Source: Prevotellaceae bacterium (GTDB lineage: Bacteria > Bacteroidota > Bacteroidia > Bacteroidales > Bacteroidaceae). From it: a DNA stretch of 64,000 bases. Location of the stretch: contig JAFLUT010000002.1 in NCBI GenBank assembly GCA_022508665.1, positions 7,606 through 71,605 of the forward strand. The letters are read 5' to 3'. Both the position numbers and the translations under genes were made by a program. Below, one piece after another: positions 8,125-16,302 of this stretch. A model generated the notes under the pieces. The model worked only from the letters and a program-made list of their open reading frames with translations, searched no databases and was not told the DNA's origin. Position 1 is the stretch's first letter, and each line of letters opens with the position of its first letter.

Positions 8125-11100
8125 TTATAGTCCTTTATGCGATGCCAAAGGCAAGGTAAACACAAAGCGTGAGCCATTGCCTTCTTCACTATTCTCCACA
8201 TATATGCGACATCCACGTCTTGACGAATGAGCGTCATGCTCACGAATTATCTGACGGCATAACAGATATTGCAAACCGACGAGGCGGTCGTGCAGAGCAT
8301 CGTATTTAACATTGTCAACATAGAACAGAAGCGGAATTTCCTCGTCACTATACCTGTATGCCGTGTCCAAAAACATAAACTTAGCAAAACCATCCGCAAC
8401 CTCAAAATCCAGAAGCAAATCACCGCCTGACAGATGCTCAAAATAGAGGGAAATGATGTTGTCCAAAAGAATTTGAAGGAAAATCCTGTCGCATTGCACA
8501 GACATCACTTTCTGCCCTGCCACCTTCATTACACCGCCACTTTGTGCCTTTCTTCGCTGACGAGAGAACGACTTTTCCGCTATCTTTCCTATCTCTTCAG
8601 CAGACAGCATCGTGCGTCTGAACAGCACCTTCTCCACCTGCTTGCCCGCACACGAACTGAGTATGGAGAACACCTCTTTATAATATGACAGCAATTCGTC
8701 GATGTCGTTAATTACCTCTTCATCCATTTGTCCGCTTGTAACATTCAGTGCAGCATCCACAATCTGCTTTATCCTGTTCGGATAGTACATCGTCTCATGC
8801 TTCAAAGCAGACAGACAATTATCCATTATCTGATTGCGAACATAGATTTGCTGCTGCTCGCTCTCAATGCGCAGACATTCCTCCTGCTTCTGCTCTATCC
8901 GCTCTTCCATTTCCTCCACCCTCTGATGCGAGTAATATGCATGTATGTCAGTAAACTGCGTATATGCAGAACGCATGAAACTCTCCAAAGAATCCAACTC
9001 CGACACGTCATCCACACTCATAAAATCACCCTTATCAGAGCATGAGCCATCCGAAGAAGCACTAAACATGCCGTTAGTTAACTGCATGAACTGCCGCAAG
9101 TTAAAGATAAACAACTGATGATGACGATAGCGAAGCAGGAAATACACAACCGACATAACGAAGATGAGCATTCCCAACAATACAAGCACAGTCTTCTTAT
9201 TGCGGTTTGCCACCTTTATTTCATTGCAGTATTCCTCCAAAGCAGGGTCTGTGCTGAGCAATTTATATAGCCGAGTGAACACCTCGCTATTGTAGTGGTA
9301 AAGGCTATTTCGGTTCATCGCCAAGGCTGCAATGGCAACCTCATTGCGTATTCTGATAATCAGCTCATAGTCTGTGTCCACTCCCTCTTTCCACCACTCC
9401 AATTCAGCCATGCCAGCACCCTCCAAACACATCTGTTTCTTACCGTGAGGATTGACCTCCCGATAGCGAGCGTTCAAATCCATTATTGCCAAATCAGCAA
9501 AAGTTATAGCCCTATCATATTCGCCCGTCACATTGGCTGAATAGATGCTGTCGGCATAGCGCGCAGCACGCCCCAAATGGTCTGACGCAACAGCATCGCC
9601 ACACACCAGCAGCAACAGCACAGCAACCAAAGACCTCAGCACCCCCTTCGGCAGACGGAAGAAGAAACGGCTTCCCCTGCCCTTTTCGCTTTCCACCCCG
9701 AAATCACACACGCTGAACACCGCATTCGTCTTTCTGTATTTTCCAATGATGCCACGGCAGTTCATCAAACCGAAACCAAATCCCTTGTTGCGTACGATGA
9801 CCTCCGCATGCTCTCCCTCAGCCCCAATCTTGCTCGAGTCATATACCTTGGAATTGTTGATTACATCCACATCTTCCGCCGACAACCCATGCCCAGTGTC
9901 GCTCACCGACACCTCCACATAGTCCTCTGTCTCGTCTGCCCACAGCGTCACTTCCCCACCCTCCGGAGTGTATTTTCGGGCGTTATCAAGCAACGTGTTC
10001 ATCATAAAAAGCGTGAGTGCCTTATCAGCCTTCACCACACAGTTCGTTTCTTTCACCGTCAGTCCAATTCCCTTAGCCTCAAACGTCCTCACTCCCCTGC
10101 CGAGCGTGTCGAACAGCGGCTGCAAAGCGAAGTTTTCCACATTAAGCGCCACCATGCCCTGACGTATCTTCACCCAATGCCCCAAAATGTCGTTATACTC
10201 ATTTATCTTGTCTATCAACTCCCCAAGATACACAAGTCTGCCATGCACACGCTCGGCACTTTCTCCACCTCCTGCATTAGCCTTCAACTTGCCCACTTCG
10301 TGCATTGCACGGTCGAGGAATGGCGTTATTCCGTTCACTATCGACATAGAGGTCAGTTTCTCCACATGCTGCCTCTTGTTGTCCTCCAACCGTCTGCCAG
10401 CCAAGTAGATGTCGCTCTCTATCTTGCGTTCCTCCTCCACAAAGTTAAGGTACATCTGCCCCTGCCGCCTTATCCACCCGTAGAATACCTGCAAGACGTG
10501 CAGCAACTCACCGTCCAAACCCTTCAATGCCCGATAGTCAGCCACCGTCCAGTCATTCCCCTCCAAGTGCGGAAACAGCCTCTGCACATCAGCATCAGAC
10601 GCACGGTGAAGAGCCTCGTCCAAATCCTCCTCATTCTCCATAGCCTCCGACAGCGCCGACGGCAAACGGCGGCACACCTCAATCGCTCGCTCCAGCATCT
10701 TCACCTTGCTCCGATACTCACGGCTACTCCTGCGAGCATAAGCCACCAACGCCCACAGCAACAGCACAAACACCACGACCAGCACCCACAGCAGCACATT
10801 CAGCGTATGCCGTTCACGGTTCAGCGTATCTTCCTCCTGCTCCACACGCTGGTCTTGCCGTGTCACGTCAAGAATATCGAAATATATGTTATGGTTGTAA
10901 TCCGATTCAGCCTTCAAGCCCATTGCACCATACACCACACTCAACTGCTCCCTGACCATAGCCATCCACTCTGGCACTGCCACAGCATCGGGGTCGGCAA
11001 TCCACCGCATTTCCGTAGAAACAGAATCCTCCACATCCGTATAGGCATACAGCCTCTCCTCGCTCCCTGTCATTCGGGCGTTATGCTGATTTATCAACTC

Positions 11101-12111
11101 CAAAGCCTTCTCCATTTGCACCAAAGCCAACGTGTCACTCCCTGTTCGCAAACAGCAGTCGGACAACGTCAGCATCGCCACCGTCTGCACAAACGCATTG
11201 CCGTATTGTTCAGCCAGTTGCAAAGAACGCCCTGCAAGCATTTCGGCAAAATCCACCTCGCCAATCTCGCCTCTTCCTATGCCCATTAACTCTTTCAGAA
11301 ACACACGCCTCGACGGCTTCATACCGCCTCCCGACAGCACTGAGCGTGCAAGCCCATTGAGCGCCAACGCCTCAAAATACACGTTTCCTGCACGTCTGCT
11401 CATCGCCACCAACCGCAACAGTTCCCTTTGCGCCTCATCGTCCGACATTCCCTCCGTTTCCACATCCACCACGTCATGCATCGACCTCAGAAACAGATAC
11501 TCCGACATCTGCACCGTGTCAGCCTCAAACATCCCCTTGTTTCTCTCCAGCCACTCAATCTCCTCCGCCGCTCCGTCGTCCTGCCTCATTTTCATAAAGT
11601 AATTGGCAGACACAAAGTGATATTCCGTCTGCACCCTCTCCCACATACGCCTCTGCCGCTCGCTCATGCACCCTTCTTCCTCCACGACATCAGCCATGCA
11701 CTCCACGGCATCCACACGATAGTCGTAAAACTCCTTATTCCTCGCCGTCATCAGGCACACTGACATCATATCCACATCTGCCACACAGCGCAGCAGTTCA
11801 TTGTTCGACTCCCTCAACACCTGCCCATAGCACCACTGAGCCGAATCATAGTCCATTCTCATGCCATACACACATCCTCTGTTCAGCACAGCCTCATGCC
11901 GCCCGTCTCTGTATCCCACAGCAACCGCCAGACTTTCTGCCTTGTCGGCATACTTCATGGCGCACTCCAACGAGGCATACCTCACCTTGTATGACAGAGC
12001 ATTGAGAGAGTCAATCCGCTCACGCTCCGCCACAACTCCGCCACCGCATGCAACCAATTGCACAAGCACTGCCACGACAGCCACAAGCACTATGATTTTT
12101 CTGCTATCCAC
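8125..12111 (-). CDS. tandem-fused sensor histidine kinase (two complete sensor modules in one ORF)
   Basis: 1328-aa ORF. Module 1 (nt 9649-12111) has a hydrophobic N-segment, a TPR-like helical region, a TM segment and intact HATPase boxes LLDNARKYTPEGG, VSDTGHGL and GFGFGLMNCRG. Module 2 (nt 8128-9648) restarts with the signal-like LRSLVAVLLLLVCGDAVA. It then has a helical region, a TM segment, a coiled coil, the H-box-like LSALKHETMYYPNRI and the N-box-like LLDNIISLYFEH, but no DxGxG. Confidence 0.85.
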   Translation of the reverse strand: MDSRKIIVLVAVVAVLVQLVACGGGVVAERERIDSLNALSYKVRYASLECAMKYADKAESLAVAVGYRDGRHEAVLNRGCVYGMRMDYDSAQWCYGQVLRESNNELLRCVADVDMMSVCLMTARNKEFYDYRVDAVECMADVVEEEGCMSERQRRMWERVQTEYHFVSANYFMKMRQDDGAAEEIEWLERNKGMFEADTVQMSEYLFLRSMHDVVDVETEGMSDDEAQRELLRLVAMSRRAGNVYFEALALNGLARSVLSGGGMKPSRRVFLKELMGIGRGEIGEVDFAEMLAGRSLQLAEQYGNAFVQTVAMLTLSDCCLRTGSDTLALVQMEKALELINQHNARMTGSEERLYAYTDVEDSVSTEMRWIADPDAVAVPEWMAMVREQLSVVYGAMGLKAESDYNHNIYFDILDVTRQDQRVEQEEDTLNRERHTLNVLLWVLVVVFVLLLWALVAYARRSSREYRSKVKMLERAIEVCRRLPSALSEAMENEEDLDEALHRASDADVQRLFPHLEGNDWTVADYRALKGLDGELLHVLQVFYGWIRRQGQMYLNFVEEERKIESDIYLAGRRLEDNKRQHVEKLTSMSIVNGITPFLDRAMHEVGKLKANAGGGESAERVHGRLVYLGELIDKINEYNDILGHWVKIRQGMVALNVENFALQPLFDTLGRGVRTFEAKGIGLTVKETNCVVKADKALTLFMMNTLLDNARKYTPEGGEVTLWADETEDYVEVSVSDTGHGLSAEDVDVINNSKVYDSSKIGAEGEHAEVIVRNKGFGFGLMNCRGIIGKYRKTNAVFSVCDFGVESEKGRGSRFFFRLPKGVLRSLVAVLLLLVCGDAVASDHLGRAARYADSIYSANVTGEYDRAITFADLAIMDLNARYREVNPHGKKQMCLEGAGMAELEWWKEGVDTDYELIIRIRNEVAIAALAMNRNSLYHYNSEVFTRLYKLLSTDPALEEYCNEIKVANRNKKTVLVLLGMLIFVMSVVYFLLRYRHHQLFIFNLRQFMQLTNGMFSASSDGSCSDKGDFMSVDDVSELDSLESFMRSAYTQFTDIHAYYSHQRVEEMEERIEQKQEECLRIESEQQQIYVRNQIMDNCLSALKHETMYYPNRIKQIVDAALNVTSGQMDEEVINDIDELLSYYKEVFSILSSCAGKQVEKVLFRRTMLSAEEIGKIAEKSFSRQRRKAQSGGVMKVAGQKVMSVQCDRIFLQILLDNIISLYFEHLSGGDLLLDFEVADGFAKFMFLDTAYRYSDEEIPLLFYVDNVKYDALHDRLVGLQYLLCRQIIREHDAHSSRRGCRIYVENSEEGNGSRFVFTLPLASHKGL

Positions 12112-12298
12112 AACATCACATTTTCATAGTTGCAAAGATAAGAAAAAATCATTCACCACACAACACGCACACATAAAAAAGCCCCAACCAACACTCAAAA
12201 ATCTAAATAGCCTATCCCTCCAAATCCAAATGACCAACACCCACCAAAAGCGCCAACTCTTGACGCCAAAAGATACAAACCTCTAAGCGAGAAAAAAA

Positions 12299-12327
12299 TT
12301 GGAGCATCGCAGTGTGCGACGCTCCAA
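12299..12327 (-). terminator. intrinsic terminator of the C10 protease gene
   Basis: The reverse strand reads TTGGAGCGTCGCA-CAC-TGCGATGCTCCAA followed by TTTTTTT. Confidence 0.7.
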
Positions 12328-12354
12328 CAGGAATGATACCAAATGTATGTTTGC

Positions 12355-15300
12355 TTATCTGTCAACAAATACTTTCTTTCCGTCAATGATGTAGATGCCC
12401 GGAGCCGTGATGCTGGCAACCTTCACGCCTTGCAGCGTATATATGCCCTTAGGGTACTGCGGTGTGTCGGTAGCGATGTCCGTGATAGCGTCAGGTTCAT
12501 CTTCCTCAATCTTGAACGGCACGGTGCATGTGAGGACGAAGTCGTCAGCCTTGTACCAGCGCCCTTCCTTCACACCGATAGTGAGCGACCCTGTTTCAGC
12601 ACCCTCGGGAGCCTCTACCAAAATGCTGTCGATGACTGCTTCGGTCAGATAGAGGTGTCCGAAAGCGTGGCCGTTGACAGTGACTGTTGAGTCTCCTGCA
12701 AACATGGTGACGGTGGAGTTCTCATCTGTGCCAAGTTTGGCTGTGAGGCGATAGTAGCCCGGAGTGAGGCCTTCCACTGTCTGTGAGATGCTTACAGAAC
12801 TTGAATCGGCTGCGGCTATGAGGCTCATGAATACATATTTGCCGTCCAAACCGACTGCACGGTAATTGTTGGCTTGCGTGCCGTTATATACCTTGCCGAC
12901 AGATGAGTAGCCCTCTTTCGTGCCGAGCGTCCAGCCCTTGGTAGAATTTGATTCAAACGACGGATTTTCGATGTTGCCTGTGAAGTCTATAGCAGTCCTG
13001 TCTGATTTAAGAACCTTGTTAATGTATTCCTCAGTGTCGGTCTGCACTTCCCTTACGTAGTCGAGCAAGAAGGAATAATCCACGTCTTCACGGGTGGAGA
13101 ACATCTTCTCCGCTTCTTTCACCTTTGCCAAAAGGGCTTTGTTGGCAGATGCGGAGGCAAGATTTTTGTACTTGTTGTAAGCCTGATACGCCGCCTCTAT
13201 GTTTGCTGCCAAAGTAGCGTATGAGGGGTCGAACATGATGTCAGACTCTGCACGGAATTTCTTTGTAAGGTCTGCGGCATTCCAATATCCACGCAGCGCC
13301 TCGACGTCAGAGCCTTCTTTGACTGGCTCGAAATACTGCATGCTGTCATCGTTGAGCATCTGGCTGCCAGCAGGGGTTACGGTTGCTGTAAACGTACCCA
13401 CGAAAGCAGGGTCAGCATTCTCCACCGGCGCAGCGAGAACTTTCACGTTTGTTCCGCTCAGCGTAGCATTGCCCGTGTATGAAAGCATGACAAGATATGG
13501 CTTTCCTGCTTCAAGCGTCGTCACATCGTTAGTCTTGTTGGATATGCCAAGAGTGGTGTGAGAAGTGATTTCTCGAGCGATGATGCCTTCTGGAACAGTT
13601 GCGGCGAATGGCACAGTGAGAATGCACCATTTTCCCGGCACTGCATTCACGGCTATCTCCGCTTTGGCTGCCTCGAATGCTGCGGAAGGAGCGAAATTGT
13701 ATCCCGGAGTGAGCGAGAGGCTTTCGCACTTGCCAGCCTTGACGACATTCACGCCCGATGCCTCGCTGTCGTCAGCCACATAGTAGAGGGCGTTGGGATT
13801 GACTTCTTGAGATACATTCTTGACACCGACACATTGTGTCAAGTCATATTCAGTCGCTGTCTTATAGGATGACTTCTTGGCAAATGTGGCAGAGTTAAAC
13901 ATGGTAGCATCGAAATGCCCTTTGAGGGTAAGCCTATCATTTTCAAAACTAACCACCTCCATGTCGCTCTCCTTCATCATGAAGCGCACAACGGTGTCGG
14001 CTGCCTCGGCAAAGTTGATGACATCGTCAGACGACTGCACTGTTCTGACGAGTTTTCCGATGTAGTACTTTCCGACTTCGAATGGGCAAGAAGTAGTGCT
14101 GGTGATGTTGAACTGAGCCACGCCTGTCTCATTCTCCGCAGCCGTCAGCGAGGCAGTCTTGCTGCCTACTGTCTCCCAATCAGATGTCGTTTCGTTATAT
14201 TTGTAGAAATCCATTCTCAGCGTGCCGGCATAAGAATAGTTTGCCGCATTGGCAATGGCTGCGTAGGCATTTGACTTATTGTTGTAGATGATCTGGAATT
14301 TCTCGTCATTCAATGTCTCTGTGTCAGACGATGCGTCTGTATAAAGGTTTACAAGACGCAGGTCTTTTTCAGTGTATTCTGGCTCAACGCTTGCCGTAGC
14401 CAACACATTGAGGTTGGCGTCGGTAACAAAGAAGTACCATGTCGCAGTGCTGTTAGGCTTGGCTGTGAAAGTCATTGTGCCTGTTTTATCCCTGCCTATC
14501 ACAGTCTCTGTGTCGGACGACTTAGCGGAACTCAAAGAGGCTGGCTTCAAACCCGATGTATTAGCAAAGAAATAGACGTTGGAGAGCGGCAAAGTGCCAT
14601 TGTTTGCAAACGTCACTGTGAACTCGTTGGTCACATCGCTATAAACCGTTTTAGGCAATTGGATTGTGGCATCAATCTTTGAGATTTTCGGAGAGATACC
14701 GTAGACGCAGCCCTGAAATGAAGCGTTAAATCCCCAGCCCTGCACGCCGTCCTCTACGGAGAAGTAGCCGTTGTATCCGCTGCCCCAACCGAAGTTGATG
14801 TGGAACAAGCCGGTGCTTGCCTGATAGCCGTCGCACACCACGGCATGACCGCCGCCATCACTGTTAGTACCGCAGTACAACACGGGGCGACCTTGGATGA
14901 GTTCGTTGTATAGCAGGTTTGCCCATGCCGTTTCAGAATAGCCGCTGTTTTTATACACGCAAGTGCCACCATTAAGCCCGAACTGTTCGGAGAACACTTG
15001 GCAACAGTCGCCTATCTGCCCCGATGTAGACCTGTCGTTTGCACCTACTCCGTATGTGAGCCATGCGCTCATGCCCACTGTTGCCACAAGCGTAGCCACC
15101 GCCTCCTTATATTCCGCTGGCTCGCTGCCGTAAGAGTCCGACATGAGGTCGAACTTGATAGGCGTACCTTTCTTTATCTGATATTCCTCTTTTACGGGAG
15201 CGTTGCCATAGCCGTATGTCGGCGTGTCATAACCTACCGTGTTGTTCGCCTCACGACGCCAGTAGTAAACAATCTGAGCCGCTGCCGTAGCCACGCATCC

Positions 15301-15822
15301 CGTCATGGCACGTCCAAGACTTGTATTGTTCATATATGGACATTTGTCGTTGTATGGGCTTTCTTGATGCCACAGAGAAGTAAGCAGATAAGGCACATCC
15401 ACCTTCGTGTCCGTAACAGCCTTTGCCTTGACCTCCGCACTGTTGTCTCGCGGAGTATTCACTCCGTTTTTCTGGGCATACTCGATAATGTCTGCCCTGT
15501 ATTGCAGCCATGAGCGGAAGTTGTCAGGCACATTGTTCTCATCGTAATCGCCCTCCTCCGTGTAGCCGAGAATGGCAGGCATACAGTCGTCACCGCTCAC
15601 AATCACAAAGCCTTGGTTCTCGCCTCGGCTGATGATGTAATAAGGTGCATTCTCAGCAGCAGCCGCACTGCGTGGCTTCGCTTCAGACACAAGGCTCATC
15701 GTGTGTCCGGGAACAAGGTATTCCTGCGCAAGTTGAAGAGCCTTCGCCTTCGTGATGGGGTCGGCAGACGCGGACAAGCCCATCAGCACAAAAGCACATA
15801 AAGTAAAAAATTTCTTAATCAT
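12355..15822 (-). CDS. C10-family (streptopain-like) cysteine peptidase with T9SS C-terminal sorting domain
   Basis: Signal peptide. Catalytic contexts TGCVATAAAQIVYYW (Cys) and GGGHAVVCDGY (His). A long beta-rich middle region is followed by the C-terminal GIYTLQGVKVASITAPGIYIIDGKKVFVDR, typical of T9SS CTDs. Confidence 0.85.
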   Translation of the reverse strand: MIKKFFTLCAFVLMGLSASADPITKAKALQLAQEYLVPGHTMSLVSEAKPRSAAAAENAPYYIISRGENQGFVIVSGDDCMPAILGYTEEGDYDENNVPDNFRSWLQYRADIIEYAQKNGVNTPRDNSAEVKAKAVTDTKVDVPYLLTSLWHQESPYNDKCPYMNNTSLGRAMTGCVATAAAQIVYYWRREANNTVGYDTPTYGYGNAPVKEEYQIKKGTPIKFDLMSDSYGSEPAEYKEAVATLVATVGMSAWLTYGVGANDRSTSGQIGDCCQVFSEQFGLNGGTCVYKNSGYSETAWANLLYNELIQGRPVLYCGTNSDGGGHAVVCDGYQASTGLFHINFGWGSGYNGYFSVEDGVQGWGFNASFQGCVYGISPKISKIDATIQLPKTVYSDVTNEFTVTFANNGTLPLSNVYFFANTSGLKPASLSSAKSSDTETVIGRDKTGTMTFTAKPNSTATWYFFVTDANLNVLATASVEPEYTEKDLRLVNLYTDASSDTETLNDEKFQIIYNNKSNAYAAIANAANYSYAGTLRMDFYKYNETTSDWETVGSKTASLTAAENETGVAQFNITSTTSCPFEVGKYYIGKLVRTVQSSDDVINFAEAADTVVRFMMKESDMEVVSFENDRLTLKGHFDATMFNSATFAKKSSYKTATEYDLTQCVGVKNVSQEVNPNALYYVADDSEASGVNVVKAGKCESLSLTPGYNFAPSAAFEAAKAEIAVNAVPGKWCILTVPFAATVPEGIIAREITSHTTLGISNKTNDVTTLEAGKPYLVMLSYTGNATLSGTNVKVLAAPVENADPAFVGTFTATVTPAGSQMLNDDSMQYFEPVKEGSDVEALRGYWNAADLTKKFRAESDIMFDPSYATLAANIEAAYQAYNKYKNLASASANKALLAKVKEAEKMFSTREDVDYSFLLDYVREVQTDTEEYINKVLKSDRTAIDFTGNIENPSFESNSTKGWTLGTKEGYSSVGKVYNGTQANNYRAVGLDGKYVFMSLIAAADSSSVSISQTVEGLTPGYYRLTAKLGTDENSTVTMFAGDSTVTVNGHAFGHLYLTEAVIDSILVEAPEGAETGSLTIGVKEGRWYKADDFVLTCTVPFKIEEDEPDAITDIATDTPQYPKGIYTLQGVKVASITAPGIYIIDGKKVFVDR

Positions 15823-15875
15823 ACGTTTGAGATTAGATTATTAGTTAGTTAGTTAAATTTCTTCCATCAAGACCA

Positions 15876-15883
15876 CAAAGTTA
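15876..15883 (-). promoter_or_regulatory. -7 box TAACTTTG (with -33 TTTTGTAGTGT) for the C10 protease
   Basis: The reverse strand reads TTTTGTAGTGTCGGGGAAAAAACGTAACTTTG about 55 nt upstream of the ATG. Confidence 0.55.
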
Positions 15884-15940
15884 CGTTTTTTCCCCGACAC
15901 TACAAAACATTTCAATACATTTTTTCCACACTTGCAAAAA

Positions 15941-16131
15941 AGTGGAGGGGTGGAACATCTCCGTTGCAGCGTTGCAGTTGTTGCAGTTAAAAAATGCAGT
16001 GCAACAAAAGTCAAAGAGAATTTTTATATTATATAATTATATAATATAAATCTATTTATAGGTATTATTATGATGTTTGAGGCGTTGCAAACAACTGCAA
16101 CAACTGCAACGCTGCAACGCCACCCCCACCG
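15941..16131. repeat. palindromic intergenic element A: 27-bp perfect inverted repeat around a 104-bp AT-rich core
   Basis: CGTTGCAGCGTTGCAGTTGTTGCAGTT at 15962-15988 has its exact reverse complement at 16093-16119. The flanking boxes GTGGAGGGGTGG and CCACCCCCACC are also complementary. Confidence 0.9.
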
Positions 16132-16159
16132 CTCAACGCAAAGGGAGAGGATCCATCGA

Positions 16160-16274
16160 GGGGACTCTTCAACGCAAATGCGGCAGACTGCATAACGTAA
16201 TTATGGTAGACCGCATAACGTAATTATGGCAGACCGTGCAACGCAATTGTACACAGCCCGCCATGCAACAAAAC
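16160..16274. repeat. direct-repeat array A, 5 units phased at 23 bp
   Basis: The units are GGGGACTCTTCAACGCAAATGCG, GCAGACTGCATAACGTAATTATG, GTAGACCGCATAACGTAATTATG, GCAGACCGTGCAACGCAATTGTA and CACAGCCCGCCATGCAACAAAAC. Confidence 0.85.
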
Positions 16275-16302
16275 AGAATGTTCTATGCAATAAAATACAC
16301 CG

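Noticed and set aside
15962-16119. Element A as a classical promoter inverton driving the C10 protease.
   Set aside because: The 104-bp segment between the arms contains no TAnnTTTG box on either strand, and a complete -33/-7 promoter lies outside the repeats (15876-15910). No recombinase gene is nearby. Inversion itself is not excluded, only the promoter-flip model.
16160-16274. The 23-bp repeat arrays (also 23076-23190, 27215-27306, 47240-47331) as CRISPR arrays.
   Set aside because: The units abut each other with no unique spacers, there are only 4-5 degenerate units, and there are no cas genes in the window.
15941-16274. The combination of AT-rich core, inverted repeats and 23-bp direct repeats as an iteron-type replication origin (also 22626-23190).
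   Set aside because: There is no rep or dnaA gene and no DnaA boxes adjacent. At least two such modules occur within 7 kb of ordinary chromosomal genes, which does not fit origins. I keep it only as an architectural analogy.
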